A stretch of DNA of 64,000 bases from Podarcis bocagei (Eukaryota), in the NCBI GenBank assembly GCA_964188305.1, contig OZ076901.1; one strand, 5' to 3'. This document shows positions 37,637 through 50,871 of the stretch, piece after piece. Under the pieces are notes generated by a model. That model did no database searches. It was not told the DNA's origin and saw only the letters and a program-made list of their open reading frames with translations. The translations under genes were made by a program, and so were the position numbers. How positions within the stretch are numbered: the first letter of the stretch is position 1; each line of letters starts with the position of its first letter.

Positions 37637-37889
37637 GGAGCCCCAGCGTGGTGTGGTGGTTAAGAACGATAGACTCGTAATCTGGTGAACTGGGTTCGCT
37701 TCCCCGCTCCTCCACATGCAGCTGCTGGGTGACCTTGGGCTAGTCACACTTCTCTGAAGTCTCTCAGCCTCACTCACCTCACAGACGGTTTATTGTGGGG
37801 GAGGAAGGGAAAGGAGATTGTTAGCCGCTTTGAGACTCCTTAAGGGGAGTGAAAGGCGGGGTATCAAGTCCAAACTCTTCTTCTTCTTC
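37637..37889 (+). mobile_element. Squam3-like SINE
   Basis: Reverse complement of 17329-17585, with a (TTC)n tail. Confidence 0.88.
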
Positions 37890-38619
37890 AGCTAATATGG
37901 CCAATTATCAGGAATTATAGGAGCTGGAGGGCCAAAGGTTAGCCACCTGTTTTGAAGCCTCATTGGTTTCAGTGGAATTAAGTTTCCTTCATCTCCTTAT
38001 CCCTCCTCCTGTGTAGAACTTGCTGAAACGTGGGAACCCCAGCCCCAGATCCTCTGCAACCACAACTGGGAAGGCAGCCAATGGGATGTTAATCCGGACT
38101 GAGTGCCTGAACACCTGCTAGCCTATCACTGCTATTCAAATCAAGTGTCTGAACCTCCTCCTTCTCCACCTCACAGGGAGCAGACTTTCCTCCAGAAAAC
38201 ACAGGCAGTTACCATCCAAAACAATGTGACGTAAAAAAAAAAAAGAACCCAGAAACATCATTTATACCTTCCCTTCCTCGTTAGTCATTGCCAGGCCAGC
38301 TTCCCGATTCAGCTCTTTGCTACAGTAAACGCTGAGGCAGCAATCCACCACACAATCTTTCTTTTCCACTTTGAAAGTTTAGGGACATTGTGAAACCATT
38401 CCACAATATATAGCGGGTCACGCCAAGGAGTTGGCATCCATCTTTGCCATCCATCTGCTGCCTAAACTCCATTGCTGCTTTTGCTGAGGTTTCTCTCTCG
38501 GTCATCACATTTATTCCCGACTCATCTTCCCACCAACACCCCTGGTGGTTCCTGCAATTTTTGTTCTCAGCCCTTCTAAAACCTTCTTGCTGGGGAACTG
38601 CAAAGACTTGCGCACTACA

Positions 38620-38890
38620 TAGTTAAAGCACTGTTTTACCACTTTAAACAGTCATGGCTTCCCACAAAGAATCCTGGGAACTATAGGTTGTTTAAAAGTT
38701 TCAAGAGTTGTTAGGAGACCCCTAGTCTCCCCATAGAGCTACAACTTACAGAGTAGTTTAATAATCTATCCCTCTTCTCAGGGAGCTTTGGGAATTGTTG
38801 CTGTGTGAGGAGAATGCAGGTCTCCTAACAACTCTCAGCACGCTTTACAGAATTCTTTGGGGAAAGCCATGACACTTTAAAGTACTATAA
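38620..38890. mobile_element. MITE with CCCAAAGAATCCTGGGAACTGTAG inverted repeats
   Basis: Homologues at 63105-63430, 40180-40340, 18070-18205 and 58860-59017. Confidence 0.7.
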
Positions 38891-38893
38891 AAA

Positions 38894-39086
38894 GTAAAGG
38901 TAAAGGACCCCTGACAGTTAAGTCCAGTCGCAGATGACTCTGGGGTTGCGGTGCTCATCTTGCTTTACTGGCCGAGGGAGCTGGCATTTGTCCACAGACA
39001 GTTTTTCCAGGTCATGTGGCCAGCATGACTAAGCCGCTTCTGGTGCAACGGAACACTGAAACCAGAGCAGCGCACGGAAACGGCGT
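38894..39086 (-). mobile_element. Sauria SINE, 3' half only
   Basis: Starts with GTAAAGGTAAAGG (tail on minus) and lacks the tRNA head. Confidence 0.85.
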
Positions 39087-39460
39087 ACAGTGCAGATGGA
39101 ACCTCATTCAGGAAGAAGACTGGTTATAGATTTTCTTCAGCATATTGAAATTGGTAGGACCAAGTGTCCAGCTAAGTCTCTTGGACACCGGCACAATTCA
39201 TATCATGCCAAACCATGGTTGCGAAAGCTTTAACTATGGTTTGTAATTGGCCAGCAAACTAGAATCCAAAAACATGGCTTGAAATTAGATAGCTAACTAT
39301 GAGTTTGGCATGAGGACTGAACGGAAAATCCATAACAAGTGGTCATTTCACTGCCTCCCAAAACTGCTGGACCTTAAGAGATGGGATTGCTAAACAGATG
39401 GAAAGGCAGTTCTAAACCATGTTCTCTGAACGTTTGAAAAACTCAAACCATGGTTTGACC

Positions 39461-39605
39461 CAGTGCTTTTTTTCTGGGGGGACACAGGGGGACACATATC
39501 CCTAAACATTTTGTGAATCTAAGTTTGGCCTCAGTGAGGGGCAGTACTTCAAAATGAGTAGGAAAATGAGAGTACCCCTAAACATTTTTTTAGAAAAAAG
39601 CACTG
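39461..39605. mobile_element. hAT-type MITE
   Basis: TIR CAGTGCTTTTTT(T)CT and perfect 8-bp TSD GTTTGACC. Confidence 0.88.
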
Positions 39606-42600
39606 GTTTGACCTATAAGGTTAGTATAATCTACTATTTGACTCCATGTCTGAACTGAGACTTCCCACAATGCTGTATACCATATCTGTATTTAAAGACA
39701 CAGCCACCTCTTCCAACAGTTTTGACTAATATGCTCACCTCTTTTCCCTTTATTTCCATTTCCTTCGACTTTAATTCTTCCCCTTCTGCCACAATTCCTG
39801 TTTTCTTCCAGGGCTTTCTGCTCCCACCCTGCTTTTCTGAGCTGCCTTGAACAACCTCATTGCCCATGTTTTCCCCAACTGCCAGGTTTGTGACGCTTGT
39901 ATTAAAAATGAACCCCTGATTGGCTGCCCCAACATTCTGTTGGCCATTGTTGCCTCATAAAGGAAGGCAACATTAGGGACATAGGAATCTGCTTCACATC
40001 AGGTCAGATTATTGGTCCATATATTGTCTGGTCTGGACAGAAGGAGCCTTTCAGAATCTCCAGCAGAGGACTTCCTCATACTCTGATCCTTTAGGAAAGC
40101 CTTCCCTAAAACCTAGTGCCATCCACCTGCTTTGGATTACAAATCCCATCACATGGGTGAATGGGAGCTTAGTCACCTTCATACCATACATGTACAACAC
40201 GCTTAAAAACACATTCCCCAAAGAATCCTGGGAATTGTAGCTTACCCTTCAGAGAGCTACAGTTCCCAGGACCCTTAACAAACGACAGTCCCCAAGATTC
40301 TTTGGGGGATGCCACGTGTTCTGAATGAATGGTATGGGCGAGATCGTAGTCCAAAACATCTGAAGGACACTGCTTTAGAAAATTTCATTTTTAATGTAAG
40401 GTGGCGACCAGGTGTTAAAAAAACTTAAGGTTGGTGGGGTGGTGCCCCGTTCACCCAAATGGACCAGCCTGCACTGGGTGGGAAGTCAAACTATCTTTCA
40501 GGCCCAGGAATGCCACAGCACAAGGTGCAGGCAACCACCTGTGGTTCAAAGGTATGTGTGACTCAAGGGTCCTCAGTAGTAAGAGAACTCCTGAGAAATA
40601 AAGACTCTTGAAGGTTGGTCTAACCAATTGCTGCTAGGTCTGGGAAACCAGGAGCATAGGAAACTGCCTTATACAGAGTCAGACCCTTGGTCCATCTGCC
40701 ACTGAACTGTGGGCCCTCTGCGTGCTACATGAACTCTCCACCGAATACTATTATTTGCTGGAGCATTGCAGGCTATTGGGGTTGCACAGCTGGTTTTGTG
40801 CTACTGACCCTGCTAATATTTTGCTTTTGGAATCCAGCTGACCAGTGCTTGACTTCAGCTCTGTGCTACTAGGTCATGCCCACTCTTGCACAGCCTTGCT
40901 GGGCTTGACCTCTGCTTCCCCTGAAGACCCACCATTCCTAGATTGCCCTGATATCTGACTGCTACTAGATCAAGGCAGGATAACTAGACCTAACCAGAGC
41001 AGCCATGTTGGCAGAGGAAGATAGTGGCTGTTGTGCAAAACAGGTGCAGATTCTTAATCTTCCAAAATTTATTAACTGCCCTTCACCAGCAGGGTGGGTT
41101 ACAGCAATATAAGATATAGCATTAGAAAGAGTTCTAAAACAGATGACACGGGAATAGGGCGGGTTCTGCAAACATACATCTCAGGGGTCCAAGGCCAGTG
41201 CATCTTCACCATTCACTGAAAGCTGTACAGCAAAGGAACCAGATGCACCTCTGTGGGGAGGGAATTCCACAAAGAATCATAGAATTGTAGAGTTGGAGGG
41301 GAACCCACAACCCTGACATTAAGAGTCCCGTGCTCTATTTACGGAGCTATCCCAGTTGTTCATACTGGATTCTCAAATATGAAATTCCTCAGGCCACTGT
41401 CACTGTGTTTTGGGATAAAAGCCACTGCCACTGCCCCACCCACATTTGCCCCTGGCCCCCAGAAAGTTATGCAAAGGGAAATGTGGCCCTTGGTTTGAAA
41501 AAGCCTTCCCCACTCCTGTACTACATTGAGATGACACGACAGCTGTAGAGCACCGCTCACAGAATAGAGCTTCATTTTTGCAACAATCATCTATACTGTG
41601 GTTGGATTTTATTTTGTCGTTCCTGTTTTCTCTCTCTTCATCCGTCTGCGTGCACACTTTAAAAGGTGTTTCTATCCCCCCCACCCCCGGCAAACAACTC
41701 AGAAGCCCACAGGGGTCCACCAAAGCGCACAAAACCCATTAAAGTCCATCCATGCTGTCGTTGCTTTGACGCCAAAGCTGCGACTGTTTTCAGTCTGAAA
41801 GAGTTCTCTCCTAAACAGGCTTCCCTTTCCCACATTGCCATTTAGTTACAGTCTGTCGCCCGAAGGTCAAGCAGCAGCAGAAGAAAGCCCAATGCATTAT
41901 TACAGAGGTGCCTGGCAGAAACAAGTCATTCCGATATTGTTTTGGCCCCTAAGAGCTATGCTGGGACGACAGCTGCTGCTCACCTCCCGGGAACTGAAAT
42001 CCTTGCAATACAGAGCCTGACATATTCTTGGCCTCGCTTATGAAGGAAATTGTCTGCATTCACTGCAACGCAAAAGGGCTTTGCGACCTGGCAGCCAAAT
42101 TTAGACCCGCAACAACCCAGTGAGCTCAGGCCCAGTTTTTAGGGTTAGGATCTGAAGGATTACTCCTTGTCAGTATCAGATGGCAGAGCTGCAGTCGAGG
42201 TCAGGGTGCAAGTCAATTTCCCGAAACAGCAGCTGTGGGGAGCCAGAAGCAGGTGCTGTCCATCAGGCAGGCTTGACCGACAGGCAGTTAGGCTCCGGAA
42301 ATCAGAAGAACAGGTAAAGCAACATAGGGGTGTGGAATCTCGGGCCTAGGAGATGAATGTGGCCCTCCAGACCTCTTCATCTGGCCCTCTTACTTCTCCC
42401 CAGGCTACAAACTTCACCAGCTCTGCTCCGCACCCAGAATGTTTTTGCCAGGCTGGGATGTGCATTTGACCTCTTCCTTGTCTGGATGGCGCGTACAATA
42501 GGGGTGAGCGAGTGTGTGTAAAAATTAGCTTGCTTCTCAAAGGTAAACATTTGCATGTGTTGCTCCACCCACTTTTGCCTCTGGCTCCGCTCATCACTGG

Positions 42601-44594
42601 CTCACGACCCTTAGTTGGCTGCTGCCCATAAGGGAAAGTGGCCCTCAGGGTGAAAAGGGGTCTCTATCCCTGCAATCTAACACGTAGCTCAGGCTAGGAT
42701 TGCCATATGTGAAAATCCATTTACAAAAGTTGCTGAGTTGTGGTTTTTTTGCAAAAATAAAATATGAAGTTTTTGAGCTATTTTTAAGGAAATTCACCAA
42801 AACCTACGCTTCCAACATGGGTTGCCATATGTCTGGATTTTCCTGGACATTTCAGCAATTTGCACCCGGACACTGTTTCCGACGGGCAAATCCTGGCAAT
42901 GTCTGGGAAATTCCAGGCATATGGCAACCCAAGCTCAGGCTGGAGAGCCACGCTCAAATCAGAAGGCCAGCAGCACCTGTATAGATCCCTAAGTCAACTT
43001 AATCCAGCTGGTCCGACAAGCTGTAATATCTCTTTTATTATAAGGGCTTTGCAGCGTGCCACACGCAGAGGAAGCAGCCTTACACTGGGTCAGGTTATTC
43101 CCTATCTAGTGCAGCGTTACCTAAAAGAGCGCAGAAAGGGCGAAAACAGCACCTAGCAATCCCACGAACCTTTGCAAGTGCAATCCCATGAGCCCTTGCA
43201 CCAGCTGTTGACAACTGTGGAGAGTTGGAATTTGAGCAAGCAGATTTGGAGGGAGTGACTGCGTTGTTTGCAAGCTTTTTCAATGGTGTTCCCAATATGT
43301 GTGATTTCACTTAAATGTGCGGGGCCTCGGAACGTAACCCCTGTGTAAAATGGTTGCTGAATATGCACTTGTTCAGTTTAACTGAACAAAAAATGTGGCT
43401 CTGGGGGGAATAACGCACCCTTGTTTAAAAAACAAAAATGGAAAAGAAGAAAGAACCTAGTTTAACCTTGCAATGTCCTCTGCAGCTCAAGAGGGTTTCT
43501 GTCATTTCCAGCTGGCTTTGTAGCCCTAAGGCTAACGGCAGCAGATGACCGGCTAACCCTTGGGGATCCCCCTTGTGGCCAATTTCTAACCACAAGACAA
43601 ATTGAGGGGGGCTCCATGTGCAGACAAGCTTTTGACCGATATGTTCAGCACTTCGCAAAGGCATTCAAATATCACAGCCACAGCAAGAGAAGGAGCGGCA
43701 GGCAGGGAGAGGCAGGAGCAGGCGAGAAACAAGCCAAGACAGACAATATATTCACAATTAGGCCAGATAATTTGCTTGCCTTGCTCTATCCAACCAAAAG
43801 ACACACACAGTCCTGACCTACATGCTCCATTTCTTTCCTTTGTAAAAATAAAACAATAACACCCCCACCCACCCCAATTCCAGCTCTTCACTAAGACTAT
43901 TTGCATGGGGAAAACGCCGAGCAGAATTTGCTATGATACATAACATTGCGTCCCGCTGTTATTTCAATCTCATTACTGCATAAGCAACGCCGTACGAGAG
44001 ATTAAAAACCATCTTCTCCTCTCAGTACTTACTAACAGCCTTCAATTTCTTTATAGTGTTGTTGGGGGTGTATTTCCACCCCACCCCCCTTTTCCCTTAA
44101 CGCTATTAAAATGTATTTTGAACAAGAGGCTGACCACATAGAAGATAGCAAGGAATTATACGAAAGAGGTGGAAGGGGGGTGAAGTACAAGAGGAAAGTG
44201 GTGTTGACAGCTACTCGGGAGATTTGTACCGAAATGAGCAAAGCAGAAAACGTCCATGTTCCCCCCCCCCCCTCCTCAGCTTATAAATGACACTCAGAAG
44301 CCACCTCGAATTTGGCAGGTGTGCGAATAACATTCATTAGAACCGATGTGACAGTGAAAGAACGCGTTGGTGCACCGATATACAAAAGTACAAGGCAGAG
44401 AAGCTGGAGGCTGGCCATTTGTTCTGTGTCATTTCCAGCTTGTGCGCACGTGTCAGACCCGTCCCCGGTAGAGCTCATCGTGTCCCCTGCCGGCCATACG
44501 TTCAGCCATCTGAACTGGCCCCTACAGGCACACAGCGCATCCAAGTAGGGAACAGGGGTGAAAGGCAATTCATTTTGCACTTTCCAAAACCTTA

Positions 44595-44825
44595 CAGTGG
44601 TACCTCGGGTTACAGACGCTTCAGGTTACAGACTCCGCTAACCCAGAAATAGCACCTCGGGTTAAGAACTTTGCTTCAGGATGAGAACAGAAATTGTGCT
44701 CCGGTGGCACAGCAGCAGTAGGAAGCCCCATTAGCTAAAGTGGTGCTTCAGGTTAAGAACAGTTTCAGGTTAAAAAAGGACCTCCAGAATGAATTACCGT
44801 AAGTACTTAACCTGAGGTACCACTG
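44595..44825 (+). mobile_element. MITE family A
   Basis: Same TIRs as 4257 and 15691, with TA TSD. Confidence 0.92.
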
Positions 44826-45503
44826 TATGTGACCTGAAACACATCCATCCTTCGAAATTTGCACTTCTCTGAATTTTACAGTGCAGCTCTCCATTCAGGT
44901 AATGTGTACCAGAAGGATGCATATACCACGGTAACCTGTACATATAAATACATATCTTCGTGATAATTACGTACAAAATGCATTGTGGGGGGGGGGATTT
45001 GCTTTGTAGAAAATGCATATGATGCCATGCATACTTGCAAACTGATGTGGAAATGTGCAGAACTGAAGAATGGAAAAGTGAGAAACTGAGAGGAGCCAAG
45101 ATTGACAGATTTGCCCATTGCTACATCCACGTGAGAGGGAGCCTAAATGGTTCAAGATCACATGGAAGAGGCCTAACAAACGTGTATTGGAGGTAGCTGG
45201 TGTGTGAAGAGGAGGATGTTGCTATATAGGCATGATATACACATCAATATGAGAGGGGTGTTCATATGAGCAACCCCTACTATTGCACCCTAAGTTGGTG
45301 TCTTCTCATAGGTGTGGCCAATCAATTCCAAGGCTCAGTCAGATTTTTATCTTTTGTAGCCAGTAGCCTTGAGCTTCTTGGAGGAAAAATGGGGTACGAT
45401 TAAAGGTAGGTATACAATGCTAGTTCTACTCCAGGTAGACACATTGAAGTGAATGCATATGACTTAAGATCTATTAATTCAAATGTGTCTACTTGCAAGA
45501 TGA

Positions 45504-45852
45504 GGGACGCAGGTGGCGCTGTGGGTTAAACCACAGAGCCTAGGACTTGCCGATCAGAAGGTCAGTAGTTTGAATCCCCACGATGTGGTGAGCTCCCGTT
45601 GCTCAGTCCCTGCTCCTGCCAACCTAGCAGTTTGAAAGCACGTCAAAGTGCAAGTAGATAAATAGGTACCGCTCCAGCGGGAAGGTAAACGGCATTTCCG
45701 TGCGCTGTTCTGGTTCGCCATGGTTAGTCATGCTGGCCACATGACCCGGAAGCTGTACACCGGCTCCCTCGGCCAATAAAGTGAGATGAGCGCCACAACC
45801 CCATAGTCGGCCACGACTGGACCTAATGGTCAGGGGTCCCTTTACCTTTACC
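45504..45852 (+). mobile_element. Sauria SINE
   Basis: 10-bp TSD TGCAAGATGA at 45494-45503 and 45853-45862. Inserted in a small palindromic element ending TTAGTTGAATACC. Confidence 0.93.
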
Positions 45853-47277
45853 TGCAAGATGACTTAGTTGAATACCACCCAATGTCATCAACTGTACAAG
45901 CCTGTTTTAGGGATTAACACTGAGAGATCCTTTACGGATTTTTATAGCCTGCTCTTTTACGAGCAAATGTATATAAAGGTTATATCCAATGCTAGTCCAA
46001 CTCAGACCCACTGAAATTGTGTAGACATTTCCAAGCTGGATGGGACAATGAAGTGGCTCAGAACCAGGCAGCTTCCTTTGTGTCCGTGGAAAGAGCTGGC
46101 AGAATTTTCAGAGAGCTACCATAGCTCAGTTCAAAAGGTCCACAGGTCAGTCTCCAGGTAGAGCCAGGAAAAGAGACCCATGCCTCAATTCCTGGAGAGC
46201 TGGCTGCCAGTCTGTGTAGACCAGCCTTTGCCAGCCTGCCGCCCTCCAGATATTTTGAGCCACAACTTGTAAATTGCGTCATACAGCACTCACGAGTCTA
46301 ATAAAGACCAGGAACCTCAACTCCCATCAATGTCACCTGTATGATGCTGGGGCAGGTGGGAGAACAGCCTTGCAAGCCGGGGCTGATGGGAGTTGTAGTC
46401 CAAAACCTCTGGAGGGCAAAGGCTACTGTAGGCAGGACATGAACCAGATGGGCCAAGGGCACAGCAGAAGGCAGCTTCCTGTTGTGGCTGTGAGGTCAAA
46501 ATGTCAGCTGCTCATTTTGCACACAGCAAGGCCCATGGGAAATGTGGCCAAATGGCATGTTTCTTCCCTCCTCTCAGCCCCACGTCGAATGTGCATGATG
46601 AGTTGCCCTCCTTGCGCAGGATGGAAGTCAGCAAGCAGTGCCCGGGGGCAGGTTTGACTCTTGCACAAGACTTGTATGTCCCGGCGATCAATAATATTGC
46701 TGGGCTGGAGAGAAAGAGAGAAAGAAAGGACTGGTGGGGAAGGTTAGGCAAAAGGAACTTATTTTGCTTGTTTCTGTTGCTAACGTTTCCTCACGGGCTG
46801 TCTCCGGCCCTGGACATTTAGCAATCCAGACAGGAGACATTACTGCTTAATTAGAAACGAGACAAACCGGGGGTGCACGTGGGGGTTGGCGGCTGGGCGG
46901 CGGGCGAGAGAAGGAGAGAGTCGCCATTTCGATCGTGTTGCCGAGGTAATTTGAGCTGTCACATTCAGCTGTCAGGAGTGGGTAATGGAGGCAGCCTTGG
47001 GGGGAAATCTCCACGGGGGGAATGCAATACCTCGGATTAAAGTAACCGGCCACAGTAGATCAATGCCTCTCCCTGCCAAACGCAGCTGCGAGCACATTTA
47101 TCGGAGTGAAAGTAACGCCACACGGAGAGGCGGCAGGGAAGCGGAGCAAGTTTCCACCGGCGAAGGATATTATCCAAATTAGCCACTCAAGTATGAAGTG
47201 CTCAGGTTTTTGAAAAAAGGTTTCCAGTGGTGTTGGAAGGGTTGTTTTATTTCTTATTTTTGGAGGGGGGTGGTGAG

Positions 47278-47281
<4 letters not shown>

Positions 47282-47323
<42 letters not shown>
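47282..47323. repeat. (CA)n microsatellite
   Basis: Directly visible. Confidence 0.95.
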
Positions 47324-47325
<2 letters not shown>

Positions 47326-47898
47326 AACAAGAAATATGCATATGACACATGCAAGCAGTTTTGCAGAAGCCGCACATCTGCTGAATTTGCAGCAGCACTT
47401 AAGAAATAACCCCCATGATACAATGAGTGTAGTCTGCCCCCACCTCCAGTAGCTGGTTTATTTATATTTGTAAGACACACTGTTCAAGAAGGCTCAGGAG
47501 AAGTTCAATAGGTATTGCTTGACTCCCAGGTAAAGTTTGCAGAGGACTGCAGCCTAAATATCATTTCGCATATATGATTATGCAGGACAAACCCAGGGCT
47601 CCCAGAGTCTCATAGATATTTCACAGACTCATAGAGTTGGAAGGGACCTTAAGGATCATTTGTAATTCAGGAAAATGCAGCTTTTCCCTTATGGGAATTG
47701 AACCTGCAACCTTGGTGTTGTCAGCACCATGCTCAAGCCAACTGAGCTATCCAGCTATCTGCAAGGCAATTGCAACCCCAAACAGGTGAACCTGTATGAT
47801 GGGTTCCCAAATGGTGGCCCATGGCCCACCAGTGATCCATTCAGGTGGTGCACAAACAGCGGGCTCAGTGGCTGTTCTGCATTATGAGAACCTGAAAC

Positions 47899-48151
47899 AA
47901 GAAGAAGAAGAAGAGTTTGGATTTGATATCCCGCCTTTCACTCCCTGTAAGGAATCTCAAAGCAGCTAACATTCTCCTTTCCCTTCCTCCCCCACAACAA
48001 ACACTCTGTGAGGTGAGTGGGGCTGAGAGACTTCAAAGAAGTGTGACTAGCCCAAGGTAACCAGCAGCTGCATGTGGAGGAGCGGGGAAGCGAACCCGGT
48101 TCCCCAGATTACAAGACTACCGCTCTTAACCACTACACCACACCGCCTCTC
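47899..48151 (-). mobile_element. Squam3-like SINE
   Basis: Near-identical to 17329-17585. Confidence 0.88.
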
Positions 48152-49753
48152 CAGAGGAGAGAAAACCAGAGGAGGAGGGGCTTGAAATGAGTAGAAAGGA
48201 TTAGCAGCAAAATTAATGAGAGGCTAGAATTAAGATGTTCAGTGTTGATTCAACTAAAAATAAAATAAAAAATCCATGGGGGGAAAGATTTGGGAATCAC
48301 TGTTGTATGACACAGGTGACTGCAAGCAGACATTGGACACCTTCGCGTTTTTCGCTGTAGTCTTTTTATTTATTTAAATAAGTATTATTCCTCTTTGTGT
48401 AATGGTGCCTAAGGCAGCTAACAGTAAACAAAATAAAACACAACTGTAAAATATAAAACAGTGCATAAAAGTAACAGCCATAGAACGGATCGATGCTATA
48501 TATTCTGATCACAAGTGAGGCCTATTCAGGGCTTCAGATAGCCAGTCAGGCCTTCCTTGAGGCCACTATAAGTGCAGATGTCGGGAAATTCCTGCAAAAA
48601 CAGAAAAAAGGAACAGAAATTGCTGAAGGTGACTCAGGCACTTGGTGGCTGAAGTACACTATTCCTGGCAACCCTGAGATCACTGGTGGCGATAATGTTT
48701 TGAAAGAATTTTTTCTTAGATTATTAGTTTTAATGTTTTCACACTGCTGTGTCTGCTGCCCTGGGCTACTTTGGGAGGAGGGGAAATATATAAACTGAAT
48801 ATTTTTTTTAAAAAACAACAACAACCATTCATTTCATGCCTGATCCCAGCAAATATGATTGGCATTCATTGTTGTCATTGCTTTCAGTCTGCAAACAATA
48901 TGTAATTGATCACATTTTTTCTTCTTCATTTGCATTGTGTTTCCTTTGCACTGAAATGAACAGGGTGGAATAACATAAAGACAGCATACACTGGCTAATT
49001 TTGTTCACATAGTTAATTTTGTAATTTCATCACAACACACAGCAACACAAATAAGGCAGGCTTTGGCGGAAGACAAACTGCAGAAAAATGGAAGCACTCA
49101 CCTCGGCCGGGCAGTTAAAAGATCCCCCAGCACTGGCTCCCACACAAGTGGAGGGGGGACCCAGGATTACTCTGCTGGAGATTAGGAGCCCTCCTGCGCC
49201 CCAGCTGGGCCATGCAAACAAGCTGCGTTGTCCCAGCTCGCAAGGCGCTAAGGTGAAACTGCTTGGCTCCCACGGTGAGAGCTGGGGCAGGCCATTGGCT
49301 CAGGCCACTGCAGCTTATTTTTTCATCATCACGGTATATCGCCTGACTGCGATGTTTGGCTGGTGATATACCACGATGTTGAACAGCTGGTGTCACCCAA
49401 CCCTACTCCTAATCCACTTTAAAAGGGGCAACCTGAATTTGTCAGCGTGCCACTGAATCCCGCCAGTGACATACGCAAATCTAGAAACTCTCTCAATGAC
49501 CCCTCCGACAAAGAAAGATTGTGTACATACTGCAGTGTGCACAAGAGCGATTGCGGTCATATCAATGTGTGCAATTTTTTCACCTTACGTGACAGGGATA
49601 AATCATGCATCAAAGTCGTGAAATGAGCAAATAAATGTAATAACGGGAAAAGAAGATATGGAAACGTTGAACAAAGGCAGGGAGGTGCCAAATACCCTAT
49701 TTGCTGGGGGTGCCACTTAGTCTAAAGGTAAGGCTGGCTGTGAGGGTGAGGAA

Positions 49754-50301
49754 CATACCTTCCAACATTTCTCAAATGAAAGTAGGGACATTCCATTCCT
49801 TAATAATAACTTTACTACAGTGGTACCTCAGGTTAAGAACTTAATTCGTTCTGGGGGTCCGTTCTTAACCTGAGGTACCATCTTAGCTAATGGGGCCTCC
49901 CGCTGCTGCTGCACCACCACCACACGATTTCTGTTCTCATCCTGAAGCAAAGTTCTTAACCCGAGGTACTATTTCTGGGTTAGCGAAGTCAGTAACCTGA
50001 AGCGTCTGTAACCCAAGGTACCACTGTATATCTACTCCACACATCTTACTGGGTTGCCCCAGCCACTCTGGGCAGCTGCGAACATATATAAAAACATAAG
50101 AAAACATTAAACTTTTTTTTTAAAAAAACTTCCCTATACAGGATTGCCTTTAGACAGCTCAGGGATCAGGTAACTCCATACCCTCCGACATTTCTCCAGT
50201 GAAAACAGGAACATCCTAAGGAAAAGTGGGACATTCTGGGAACAAATCAGAAACTGGGACGGCTTCTCTAAATCAGGAAAATGGGACACTTGTGGGGTCT
50301 G
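49754..50301 (+). mobile_element. Composite hAT-like element with duplicated left end and captured L2 tail
   Basis: CATACC(T/C)TCC(A/G)ACATTTCTC occurs at 49754 and again at about 50177. The right end is CTTGTGGGGTCTG. A reverse L2 3' UTR lies between the two left ends. Confidence 0.6.
49818..50026 (-). mobile_element. MITE family A
   Basis: TIRs and TA TSD. Confidence 0.92.
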
Positions 50302-50871
50302 GAGGAAGGAAGCCAGGTCTTGCGGTCAGCCTGTACATTCCACTACTTTGCCACAACAAACACTTCTGGTGCTTTCATTAGATATCCTGCTATCTCACAA
50401 GGGGATCTGAGGGAAATCCGATTTTAAAAGACAGAAAAACTGGGAAGGCACTCCATCTCACAGGGAGCAAATCGAAATCTAATCCTGGCTCTCTTTATAT
50501 ACAGTGTTGCATGGAACATTTCTCTTTGCTTAACGTTCAAGCGCTGAGGAATAAGCTCGCTGAGATTGCTGTATCTCGTTTCCAAAAACCATCCCACAGG
50601 AGCCTGGGGGGTGTTTAACAAGACGAAATCACGATATTGTACCACTCAGATTTATAAAACATTCTATCTTTGGCTGAAAAGCGTGTGTGTGTGCAAACAC
50701 ACACTGCCAGGAGTTAGGAGACCAAGTCGGAACAGGAAGAAGAGCAAGGAAGCAGCAGGTGACCCCAAGGTTGGCAGGGCATCTTGCCTGCAACTCCACA
50801 TACACGCATATGAGAGTAAGCTCCATTGAAGACAATGGGGCTTGCTTCTGAGTAAAATGCATAAGATTACG

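Noticed and set aside
43156-43200. Imperfect 24-bp tandem duplication GCAATCCCA...CTTGCA
   Set aside because: Two diverged units only, consistent with an ordinary local duplication.
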